A stretch of 64,000 bases of DNA from positions 68,202,001 to 68,266,000 of the forward strand of contig NW_024704742.1 of the NCBI RefSeq assembly GCF_018977255.1, read 5' to 3'. Position numbers and translations under genes: made by a program. Numbering within the stretch: the stretch's first letter is position 1; every line of letters starts with the position of its first letter. The DNA is from Callorhinchus milii. Its lineage: Eukaryota. The notes under the pieces were generated by a model. That model was not told where the DNA came from, made no database searches, and saw only the letters and a program-made list of their open reading frames with translations. Positions 51,880 through 64,000 of this stretch are shown here, piece after piece.

Positions 51880-52090
51880 GACAGGAGACAGGGTGGTACA
51901 GAGGGTTGGAGTGAAGGGGAGAGAGAAAGAGGGAGGGGGGAGAATGAGGGAGGGGGGAAGTGAGGGAGAGACAAGGAGGAAGGAGGGAGGGAGAGAGGGA
52001 GACAGGGAAGGAGGGCGGTGAAAAGAAAATGAGAAGGGGAGAAAGAGGAAAGGGAAGGAGAGACTAAAGGAAAGGAGAGCAAGAAAGACA
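51880..52090 (+). repeat. Polypurine (GA-rich) low-complexity tract
   Basis: About 200 bp almost entirely G/A. Confidence 0.88.
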
Positions 52091-52489
52091 TCGTGAGGAG
52101 AAGCTTCCTCTACGAGATCATTCATGGTCTTTTAAAGGAGCAGCTTCAAAGGTACTCTCTAGAGCAGTGCTGATGCACCTTTTTGGTTGGCCGACAAAAT
52201 ACATTTTCTTGATTGGATATTTCTCGATTTATGCCATCAATCAAGAAATATTCAATCAGGAAAAAATGGAAACAAAACATCGATTTAAAATAGACTCAAT
52301 GTTGAATAAAATTGGTCGTTATCTGCATGGCTGCTTGTGAGACATTGCTGTGAGAGCTCTGAGACGCTACACTGCGTGGAGGGCATTATATAAGTGCAAG
52401 TTGTTGTTGCTGAGCACAAACTGACTGCCGCGTTTCGCCCACAAAATACACAGTTTTTCAGCAGCAGTGTTTCAGGGTTGGAAACAATT

Positions 52490-52830
52490 CTGAACAGGTT
52501 CAACAAGGTGAACGTAAATGGACCTTTTCCACTTTTTGGTGAATCCAATAACAAGGGCGAAATAGACATAAGGTCGCCAGGAGATCTAAATAAGAGTTTA
52601 GGAGGGACTTTAGGTAGAGGCTGGTGAGATTGTGGAATTCACTGCTGGGTTGAAGCAGAAAGCGTTAATACTTTTAAGAGGAAACTTGATGTGTCCAAGG
52701 GAGAAGAGAGTAGAGAGGTATGGAGGGAGGCCAGAAGGTGGGATGAAGAGAGGTGGAGGGTAAACACCTCTACGGACTAGTGGGGTTGAATGGCTTATTT
52801 CCGTGCTGTAAATTTCTGTGTAATTCTGTG
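52490..52830 (+). mobile_element. CR1 3' fragment (degenerate)
   Basis: gtggaattcactgc...ttttaagaggaaacttgat...ggactagtggggttgaatggcttatttccgtgctgtaaatttctgtg. Confidence 0.72.
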
Positions 52831-53274
52831 TAGTGGAGGAGAAGAGAGGGGATTTTTCTCTTGTGGTTCTGTGTGGATGAATCATTGATATGAGCTCTGA
52901 CCTTTGTTTGCTAATTTTGGTGAATGTATCACTGTGCACTTGTGTGAATAATTAATGCCATTTTAAAACCAATTAAAACCACATCATGAACAGGAATGTG
53001 TTTCCCCAGAGAGGAGGAGGGTCAGGAGGTGGCGCGATTGAGGTGGTTAAAATGTTTGGCATGGAGTGACTCCTCGCTGATAGGTGAACGCAGACCGAGG
53101 GAAACAGTCTCAGAACCAGAGACAAACCCACTCAGAAAGCAAAAACTAATATTAAATCAGCACCTTACCAAGACGTCTCAAAGCACTTCATATGATATAC
53201 TGTAAAGTGGTGTGACTGTGTATACTTTGTAGGTGAGCACAACAGCCAGTTTGCACACAGCAGTGTCCACAAAC

Positions 53275-53586
53275 ATAATAATCCTTGCATTTGATGTAGC
53301 GCTTTTCACGTCTTCTAGACGTCTCAAAGCGCTTCACAGAATATACTGTAAAGTGAATTGACTGTATATTTGTGGGTGAAACACAGCAGCCAATTGTACA
53401 CAGCAGTGTCCCACAAACAGTCGTGGATTGAAAATGACCAATTTATTATTGTTTTGTTTTTTGGAGGGATTATTATTAGGAGTGTGGAATAAGGAAACTT
53501 GCCCAAGAGTTCGCCCTCTGCCTGGAATTGAACCCAGGTGTCTCGCTTGCAAGGCGAGTGCTTTAACCACTGAGCTACAGGACTCC
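53275..53586 (-). mobile_element. SINE2, short subfamily, full length, nested in an older SINE
   Basis: Complete head, body and tail; host gtccacaaac...agccatgaa is split. Confidence 0.88.
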
Positions 53587-53824
53587 ACGACAGCCATGAA
53601 CGAGTGACTAATTTTATTTGAGGGATTGTTGGCCAGGACATTGCGATATGAAATTGGTCGCTCACTCCATGGTTGTTTGTGGGACATTGCTGTGAGCAAA
53701 TTGGGGGCCGCATTCGACCACAAAATACACAGTCAATTTACTTTATAGTAAATCTTGTGAAGTACTTTGAGATACCTTGGTGACGTGATTAGCACTATAC
53801 CAAATGCAAGAATTATTATTACAA

Positions 53825-54065
53825 TACAATATAAAATTACATTTGTATAGCGCCTTTCATGTCGGGAGGGGTGGGAAGGATAGGAGAGTGGCCGAAGGCT
53901 CGGTCGAAGAGGAGGGACTCCTCCTTGAGACATGCCTTGAAGGTGGCAAGGGAGGGAGTGAGATGAAGGGAATGGGGTGGAGCTCCAGAGGGTGGGGGCA
54001 GAGAGCCTGAAGGCCCGACCGCTGATGGAGGGTCAGACCCGCCGGGGGACATGGAGCAAGCCGGA
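53825..54065 (-). mobile_element. L2 3' fragment just upstream of the LZTS3 acceptor
   Basis: Reverse complement of the L2 3' UTR and tail (tacatttgtatagcgcctttcatgtcgggagg). Confidence 0.8.
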
Positions 54066-54119
54066 TTATTATGGATTACAGGGAGTCTAGTCAATGACCT
54101 TTTCTCTCTTGCCTTCCAG

Positions 54120-54161
54120 GGCCGCTGACCGATGCTGTCCCTCTCTCTCTGAGACATCAGC
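54120..54161 (+). promoter_or_regulatory. LZTS3: LZTS3 5'-UTR portion of the exon containing a 6-codon uORF (54132-54152)
   Basis: ATG CTG TCC CTC TCT CTC TGA in the same frame as the main ATG, ending 9 nt before it. The splice acceptor at 54119 implies an upstream non-coding exon. Confidence 0.7.
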
Positions 54162-54596
54162 ATGGCCAAACTTCAGATGCTTTCCTCCAGCACTGAGCCT
54201 GGTTACCACGGCCGAGACTCTTACTCCTCGTTTGCCCCCAGACCTTCGGAGGCTGGCTTCCCCCGGTGCACAATGGGCAGTGTGGGCAGTGGAGTGGCCA
54301 ACGAGCAGGAGTTCGCTATGAAGAGCGTCAACGCCAACCACAGGGCAGTGCATGCTCCCATCGGTGGGCGGCAGCAAAGCAGCCTGGGGAATGGGTACGC
54401 TTCCTGGGAGCTCAGCAACGAAAAGTGCTTCAAGCCCGGTAAGGTCTCCAACGCCCTGTACATCAATGGGGACCTCCGCAAGGGGGAGCGAATGAAGACC
54501 GACGTGACCAACAACAACGAGAAGAACCTTCCTCCTCAGTACAAGGAGCCCAGCAACCCGCCCAAGATCCTGCCTGTGTCCGGCAAACTGGAGCAG
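54162..54596 (+). CDS. LZTS3: LZTS3/ProSAPiP1 first coding exon (exon begins 54120; 145 codons)
   Basis: Translation MAKLQML...FAPRPSE...MGSVGSGVANEQEFAMKSV...LYINGDLR...PPQYKEPSNPPKILPVSGKLEQ matches the recalled LZTS3 N-terminus. Pyrimidine-rich acceptor ttccag at 54119, in-frame stop upstream of the ATG, donor CAG|gtaaat at 54596/54597. Confidence 0.93.
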
Positions 54597-57000
54597 GTAA
54601 ATATACACAACAATAGCAACCCTCGCATTTGATACAACACCTTGTTACACATTCCCTGCCACTGTTCAAAAAAGGGCATTTCTCTCCCCGTTGGCCTGAC
54701 CAACAATCCCTGAAATAAAACTGGACCAAGCATTCCGAGACGCTAGCCTGTGTGAAGGGTGATATATAAATGCAAGTTATTGTTGTTTCGCCCACAAAAT
54801 ATACAGTCAATTCACTTTACAGTATATTCTGTGAAGGGCTTTGAGACGTCTCGAAGACATGATAAGGCGCTATATCAAATGCAAGGATTATTATTAGTAT
54901 TTTGTTGTTGTCGTCGTTGTTGGTGGTAGTCACTTGTTTCATGGCTGTTTGCGGAACATTGCCTTGCACGATTGGGCTGCTGAGTTCATCTACAAATACA
55001 TAGTCACTCCACTTCACGGTAAATTCTGTGAAGTGCCTTGAGCCTTCCTCCTGATGTGAAAAGCGCAATACCAAATGCAAGAATGTCCCAAGGCGCTGGA
55101 CAGTCAAGGATTTAGATTCGAGTTGGGGGTTGGGATTAGGAAGAGTGGAGGGCCGGGAGAGTGGGGGTAGGAGGGTTACCGGAAATGCAGTTGAAGATAA
55201 GGCCTTGAGATGGGCCTTGAAGGAGGCAAGGGAGGGGGTAAAGTGTAAAGTAGCTGTGTACTTCATGGGCAAACACAGTAGCCAATTAAGAGAAAACTTG
55301 ATGCACATATGAGGGAGAAGAGAATGGAGGGTCAAAGGCTCATATGGAGTATGAACTCCACATGAATATTTGGCACAGACTATTTGGACTGATGGCCTGT
55401 TTTCGCACCTTATTGCTCCCATGTCACAGCAATGTCCCACAAACTGCCATGAAGTGAATGAACAATTTTACCTAGGGTCAGGACAGACGGGAGAAACATC
55501 CTTCTCTTCTCAAGTAGTGCCATGGGATCTTTAATGTCCATCTGACCAGGCACAAATGGGATTGAAGAGAAGAACTGACCGTCCAGGCTCGAGAGATGAA
55601 GGAGGGGCTTTTATTACCACAATATCTAAATCACAAGCACTACAATCACTCCATTCTTTAAGACTGGTTTGACTGCAATTATGCAGTGATGTGATCTACC
55701 AACATGTCACATATCCCAACCCATATGTCATTGTCCCTTCATCTCAATACAAATTCTTGAACAAAATAAGCACTCAATCTATGATAATAATGATAATTAA
55801 TACTTGCAATTGATATAGCGCCTTATCATGTCATTGAGTTGTGTCAAAGCGCTTCACAGAATATACTGTAAAGTGGATTGACCATGTATTTTGTGGGCGA
55901 AACACGGCAGCCAATTGCGCTCAGCAGTGTCCCACACACAATCTGGATTGAATAACTAAATTTAAAAGAATAAAATATACAAAATAATAATAATATTGAG
56001 CAGGCGGATTTCACAGTTAACCACCCAGTGAACTACTTCAAAGCCAAATCTATTGGCTCGCAGTTGGGGAGAGGGGAAGAGGAAATCAAGGCTTTGCTGA
56101 CATGGGACCATTCAAACTGTGTTTGTGGTCTGATTAAATAGACAGACCAGTGCTCTGTTTGATGCTCTGAAACTTGAGTCACAGGGATTGGTAGTGAGAT
56201 GTGCAGATGATTTTTCTTTTGGTCAGCCAGGTGTCTGACACACAGGGAAATGCATCACCGAGCTTAAGAGTAACCAGACCAGACTGAGATTTCCACATAC
56301 ATATGGATATATCTCCTTTGCCTGGTGTAGAGTTCATACCCTCCCTATCCATCTCCGACCCCCTACCCCCTCCCCCCGGGAGAGATTCTGAAGCTGCAGG
56401 AGAATGACAAGATTCTCCGTGAGTTTGATACAGCGAGGTTCATTCCTCACATAGCGCTGCAGTACACGAGGGAGAAAGGAGTAGAGGGGTATGGGAGAGG
56501 GAATAGGAGTGGTGGGAGCTCGTGTGGAGATGGACTAGTTGAGCCCAATAGCTGTAGATTCTATATAGAGATAATAATGATCCTTGCATCCTTAATAATC
56601 TGCGCATTAATACGTTGTTGAGACGTCTCAAAGAGCTTCACAGGATATACTGTTAAGTAGACTGTGCATTTTGTGGGCAAAAGGGATCTATATTATTCTG
56701 GAATGTTCTAAGTGCCAATACGCGATGACTGTACTTCACAGTGAATCCTGTAAAGCATTTTGAGACGTTTTCCAATGACGTGATAAGGCACTGTACCAAA
56801 CACACGTCATGTCATGTCATTCTCTGCCACAAGTGTATCTCTTTGGAAATTTCCCTTCCCCCACCCCCAACCGTTACAGCTGCACAAACAACTTCATTGA
56901 TTTACCTTTCAACAGAAAAGCACCAGGTTCATGTGAGCAATGTAAAACACACAAACACTCGCTCAACAGGTTTGACAACATTAAAAAGCTCCAGGAATGA

Positions 57001-57365
57001 TTTTTTTGGGTCAGCCAGGCATGTGACACATACGGAGACCCATCACCATGCTTAAGAATATCCAAATAGACTGAGAGTTACACGTGTATGTCACCTAGAC
57101 ATGCAAATTTCCCTGGGTCTGGAATGGATTACCCAATCTCTTCTCCCTCGGTGGGGGATCCACCCTGCTTGCCTAATTTTGGAGATTATTAGAGATAGGG
57201 TTGAGGTAGTGTGTGTTGGGGTAACTGCTGGAGTTTAACCAGCTACAAAGGCGTAGTTTACCAGTGAGAGAATTGACTGACAAGCTTCCCATGACCCAAC
57301 CTACCCATGAGAGCTTTTACTTGCAGACTTAACAGGAGCTGAGTAAGAATCCCAGGCCCCAGTGG
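57001..57365 (-). mobile_element. Same ~600 bp family, 3' two-thirds (LZTS3 intron)
   Basis: T-run + gggtcagccagg...ggggtaactgctggag...ttaacaggagctgagt. Confidence 0.75.
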
Positions 57366-58425
57366 GTAAATGAATGAATGAATCCTTGCTGTTAAAGGCT
57401 TATCATTGGTCCCATGACTTGAGGGTAGATTAGAACATGTGGAGAGGTTTGTATCCTGCTCTTAAACTGGAGAAGGAAGAGGGAGAGAATAGACGGAGAT
57501 CACTGTATAGACCATAAAACCAGTTGATAATTATTGACTGCAATCTTGCCATTTCTTAATAGCATTGATGCAATATTTTTTTAAAAACTCAGAAAATGCA
57601 CAGGGCCTATCTTTATTAATAATAATAACCCTTGCATTTGATACAGTGCCTTTCACATAAGGAGGGAGTTTCAAAGCGCTTCACAGGATTACTGCAAAGA
57701 GCAGCAACTGTGTGTTTTGGAAGTAAAATCTTGAGCTGCTGTTTAGCTTCTATTCCCATTAAAAAATCGGACATAAATCGTTTCAGTCTATCTGTCCCTC
57801 ATCTCTGGAACTCCATCTCGGAGTCTCCCTCACTCGCCCCTTTTCTCACCTCATTCAAGGTTCATCTTGAGACCTTCCTCTTTGTCCATGTCTTCAGTCA
57901 TCTTCCTGCAGCCCCCTCTCCCCAACCTCCTCGGCTCCCTCTTCTCTCCCACAGCTCGATTGCAAAGCCAAGACTGTCCAGCTCATTGGGACGTCCTCCT
58001 GATGTGAATGTCACTGTATAAATGTAAATTTGTATTGTAAAGATTACAGCCATTTAATATTCACCGCTTTTTTTAATCATCGAAATATCAAATGAATGTG
58101 AAAGGCCATGTTCCCCTGGGACATGTCCGGCTAAATTCAGTCCAAGCTGATGAATGGAATTAATTGTTTAGTCCTTGATTATCTACAAGGCGATGGGCGA
58201 TGGGGGAATGATTGGCATCCTAGCTCCCCTTCCAGTTTACAGATGATTCTGTGTTGGCACATGTATCTGACAACAAGCATTAGGCAATTGGTAGCTTAAC
58301 TTTTCTTTGTTTGTTGGCAGTTCAGCTGTCCTGTAGCAATTCTTTATGCTAAAAGGCAACTCTTTGTCCAATTTTTCTCCAGAGAAAGAGAGAGAGAGAG
58401 AGGAAAAATAACAAAATAAAGTCTA

Positions 58426-58590
58426 AGGCTGATACTGTGGGACCTGTTACCAGGCTGGTATTGTGGGACCTGTTGCCAGGCTGGTATTGTGGGACCTGTT
58501 GCCAGGCTGGTATTGTGGGACCTGTTGCCAGGCTGGTATTGTGGGACCCATTGCCAAGCCAATATTGGCAGGCTTGTATTGTAGTACCTG
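58426..58590 (+). repeat. Minisatellite, 26 bp unit TGTGGGACCTGTTGCCAGGCTGGTAT (~5-6 copies, degenerate edges)
   Basis: Directly visible tandem array. Confidence 0.92.
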
Positions 58591-58764
58591 GTGCCATATC
58601 TGAACAGAAAATTCAACTTCCCAGGAAGGGAGCATTGCCGCCTACAGGTCACCATCTGTGTCGGCATAAATTAACACAACAGCTTTACTTACACTCATTA
58701 AAGTATGTAATGTTTCTACACCTGCCGCTGTGGTGAATGCCGCATTAGGAAACCCTGACATATG

Positions 58765-59961
<1,197 letters not shown>

Positions 59962-60149
59962 TGACTGAAGGTGCCATGCAAACAAATCCCTCAAATAAAA
60001 TTGGTCATTCACTCCACAACTATCTGCGCAATCAGGTTGCGCCAGCTCTGTGCAATCGGCTGCCGCGTTTTGCCCTTAAATATACAGTCAATTCACTTTA
60101 CAGTGCATTCTGTGAAGCGCTTTGAGACATCTCAACAACGTGATCTGAT

Positions 60150-60788
60150 TGTTGGGATATACCGATCCTGAGGATCCGAAATAATGACTCAAAAATCCTT
60201 AATAAAGGTATAATGGTTTATTATTCACAAACGGTTTATGAGTATATAGCAAAAGAGGTAAATAGTCATACTACCAGTTTTATGTAGGCTGTAGCCTGAT
60301 TTCAGTCTTTCGTGTCTGCTTCTCAGGCGCAATCGTTTGCTATACTCACGTTCTCTCTTTCTCTCTGGCTCTGCTTCCACACACCTCTGTCCAGTAGCAC
60401 CCCAATTATACTGACTTCCCCTCTAACCTTTGCTTCAGCCAGATAAGATTATAGCCTTTAGAATTTTGGTCTTCCTTTGTCCTGTCTAACCTGATCAAAG
60501 AGGTTTCACTGGAATAGAGACAGGCTTCAACGTATCTCAGTACTGTCCTTGAGAGTGTAGCTGGCTTACAAGAAAAAGCTTTCAGACACACATCCCATTG
60601 TCCTGGTACCAGGCTCATGGTCTGCCCCTTATCTCCAGGTGGCTATTACCTTATACGTCAGGACTAAAGGTTGTGCCAGCTTCTCACAGTGCTTGAAACC
60701 AACAACCACAGTATTATTTTAACATTTTAAACCACTGTCTTATTGCTATAAGGTGTTATAATTTCTACATATTCTACTCAATCTAACA
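60150..60788 (-). mobile_element. Solo LTR (639 bp) of an ERV/LTR retrotransposon inserted into a SINE tail
   Basis: TGTT...AACA termini with 4 bp TSD TGAT (60146-60149 / 60789-60792). It splits the SINE tail caacgtgat...ctatatcaaatgcaagg. Minus strand has TATAAT (60405-60410), a GA-rich stretch and AATAAA (60217-60222). Confidence 0.8.
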
Positions 60789-61547
60789 TGATCCTATATC
60801 AAATGCAAGGATTATTTTTATTATTCTCCTGAAATGACAACTGTAGACACTGGGATACCTGTGACCGCTACAATACAGCACAATACAATACAATTTACAT
60901 TTATACAATGCCTTTCACGTGAGGAGAACATCCAAAAAGAGAACTTCTGGGAAAAGCCATTTTAACATAGTCAGGGGTGGGGTGGGGGGTGGGGGGGGGG
61001 TGGTGAGAAGAGAGGATCCCTCTTCACTCCCGTGCCACGGATGTCATCATTGGGTCATCTTCAGGAGCAGAATATCCCAGTCAGTGATAAGCATCACATA
61101 CTGCACATTGCACCTCAATATTTCCCCTCAATTACTGCTCAAATTCCCTTGTAAATCATCATGCCACGGGTTCAATTTCAGCAGACATTGTGGATAACAC
61201 ATTCCAACAGCCCTTTGTGTTGGATAATTATTATCCCCCCCCCCACCCCGCCACCCCCCCACCCCCCCCCCCCCCCCCCACACACACACATACATTCTTT
61301 TCTTCTGCTTACAATCCTCAATTTATGCCTTTTTGTTACCCACTCACCCATTAGTCTTTAATTGTCAAAACCATTCCTCATGTTGAAACCCTCTATTGTT
61401 TATGCTGGTCTAGGAGTAGTTTGCTAAGGCATTCAGCCATTGTCTCTCTTGTACTGTAACTCAATAACTTCTGTGTTATCATGAATTGTGCTGGATCATT
61501 TCCCGCTTATAGGTTCTGCTTTCATAGCAGTGTCCTGTACCATATGT

Positions 61548-61929
61548 GGAGTCCTGTACAGTATTGGTTAAAGCACTCGCCTCACAAGTGAGAGGATCCG
61601 GGTTTGATTCCCAGGGCGAAACTTTAGACAAGTTTGCTTACTCTAAACTCCTCTGTTTATCTAGCAGTAAGTAGGAATTCGGTTGTTAATCGATTGGTGG
61701 ATTGCTTTCTGGTGAGTAATAATCCTTTCAAAAAAATAAATTAAATAAATAATAATTATTTGGTCACTCAATCCACGACTGTTTGTGGGACACTGTGCAC
61801 CATTGTCTGCTGTGTTTTGTCCCCAGTATACATAGTCGATTCACTTGACAGTATATTCTGTGAAGCACTTTGAGACGTCTCAACAATGTAATAAAGTGCA
61901 ACATCAAATGCAAGGATTATTATTATTAT
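61548..61929 (+). mobile_element. SINE2, long subfamily, full length (LZTS3 intron)
   Basis: ggagtcctgta head to (TTA)n tail. Confidence 0.87.
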
Positions 61930-62926
61930 AATCACTAGAACTGTTAGCAAGTCTAGACTCTTCAAAATGGTCAGTCGATTAACGTAAAATCGCTGGTATT
62001 CACTCTGTTCATGTTGTTGTAAAAACTGAGGCATGAGCAGAGCAGGACATCTCTCTCTCTCCCCAAAACTGTTAACCCTCTGTCACGTTTGACCTTCGGT
62101 ATCCCTTTTGACGGGATGTTTAAGCTGAGCTCTGAAATGCTGTTATTCAGACCTGACATCACCATGTGTAAAGGGAAGGGAGTTTCTCCCTGTGTCTTGG
62201 CAACAATCCTCCACATAAAATTGATCACTCATTCTATGGCAGATGGGGGGGACCTTGCTGTGCCCAATTTGGCTACTGTGATCGCCTACAAATAGACATT
62301 CACTGCACTTGACCGCAACCATCTGTGAACATGATAGACTCTATGTCAAATGCAAGTATCATTACTGCATTCTTATTATATTTGAGCTTACTGTTATTAC
62401 TTTATATATTTATAATATAATAATAATATAATATTCCCACCCTTTGAAACTCTATCCTCCCTCACTTCGTTCAACGTCCAAATCAATACCTTCCTCGTTG
62501 AGTCATCATTCCCCTCTCCCCAGCTCCTACCCCCAGCTTGGGTGTCAAGCCAGGACTGTCAAGCACCTTGGCATGTCCTCCTGACGGGAAAGGCACTGAA
62601 TAAATGTAAATTATATTATGTTGTATTGTATGCAGCTGTCACTTGTATCCCTGTGTCTGCGATTGTCAGTTCAGAAGAATAATAATGATAATAATCCTTG
62701 CATTTGATGTAGTGCCTCATCACATCGTTGAGACGTCTCAAAGTGCTTCACAGGATATACTGCAAAGTGGATTGACGGTATATTTATGGGCGAAAAGCAG
62801 CATCCAGGATGCACAGAGCAATGTTCCACAAACAGTCGTGGAGTGAATGACCAATTTTATTTGGGGGATTTGTTGGCCAGGACATCAGGAGAAACTCCCT
62901 TCTGTTTTAAAATACTGCTATGGCTT

Positions 62927-63275
62927 TGCTCCTCCCTACCTCTGTGACCTGCTAATTCGATACCTATCCGTTCCCTCCTCTCGGTGGACTCAGGTCTGCT
63001 CCATGTTCCCCGCCTGGCCCACCCCACCCCACCATTGGCAGTTGGGCCTTCAGCCTTTCTGCCCCCAACCTTTGAAACTCCATCCCACAGTCCCTTTGCC
63101 TTGTCTCCTCCCTTGCCTCCTTCAAGACCTTCCTCTTTGCCTGCGCCTTCGGTCACCCTCCTTCCCCCACCCTCCCTGACGCACCCCTCCTGATCCCAAC
63201 CCCTAGATCGGGTGCAAATCCTTGACTGTCAAGCGTCTTGAGGTGTCCTCCCTACTTGAAAGGTGCTATAAAATA
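62927..63275 (+). mobile_element. L2 3' fragment in LZTS3 intron
   Basis: cctacctctgtgacctgcta...ccttcaagacc...aaaggtgctataaa, similar to the other L2 copies. Confidence 0.8.
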
Positions 63276-63632
63276 TAATTTGTGTGAATTGAGTGAAGTC
63301 AATTACTCAATTGACGATTCATGACAGAAACTAGTTATTACAACGTATTCTTATTGTACTGTAGTTATTAATACTTAACACAGGTAGCATTGGTTCGGAT
63401 ACGATGATCTTGAATGTGCTAAGAGCGAGCGCTTTTAGGTGTTCTTCCGATATGTGCTTCCATCCATTTTCGGATCTTTAACCGGAACTGGAAGAAGGGG
63501 CCTTGGTTTAACATCTTATCCTGAGGGACAGCGTCTCCGACAATACATTTGATGTAGGCAGGAGAACATATAAAATTGGTCACAGGATTTGGTGTGAGGT
63601 GCAGTGACTGTGGACCAATGTCAAGGAAATAA

Positions 63633-64000
<368 letters not shown>

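Noticed and set aside
58426..58590. CRISPR-like array
   Set aside because: Head-to-tail 26 bp units without unique spacers, no cas genes, vertebrate intron.

Overview
Vertebrate genomic DNA, most likely a cartilaginous fish (shark or chimaera). This is inferred from the DeuSINE/SacSINE1-type SINEs, L2 and CR1 LINEs and a Penelope-type terminal fragment. The only host gene I can support is LZTS3 (ProSAPiP1) on the + strand: three coding exons at 54162-54596, 59014-59838 and 63678->64000 (runs off the window), all phase 0 with GT-AG boundaries. The first ~54 kb has no supportable host coding exon and is upstream or 5'-UTR intron sequence. It is dense in two tRNA-headed SINE families that share an L2-type 3' tail, L2 fragments (including a 2.65 kb frameshifted APE+RT copy), CR1 3' ends, micro- and minisatellites, and a ~600 bp poly(A)-tailed structured retroelement present in more than 10 copies. 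A 639 bp solo LTR lies in the intron between the second and third coding exons. I cannot demonstrate a new biological system. The best leads are: (1) the ~600 bp LF-SINE-like retroelement with no visible B box; (2) a uORF/internal-ATG layout that could switch LZTS3 between non-myristoylated and myristoylated isoforms; (3) several fold-back or inverted duplications at retroelement junctions; (4) inverted SINE pairs flanking LZTS3 exons; (5) TE-free islands with SOX/POU motifs. Repeat family names come from recalled consensus features, not a database search. Repeat boundaries are approximate and not every fragment is listed.
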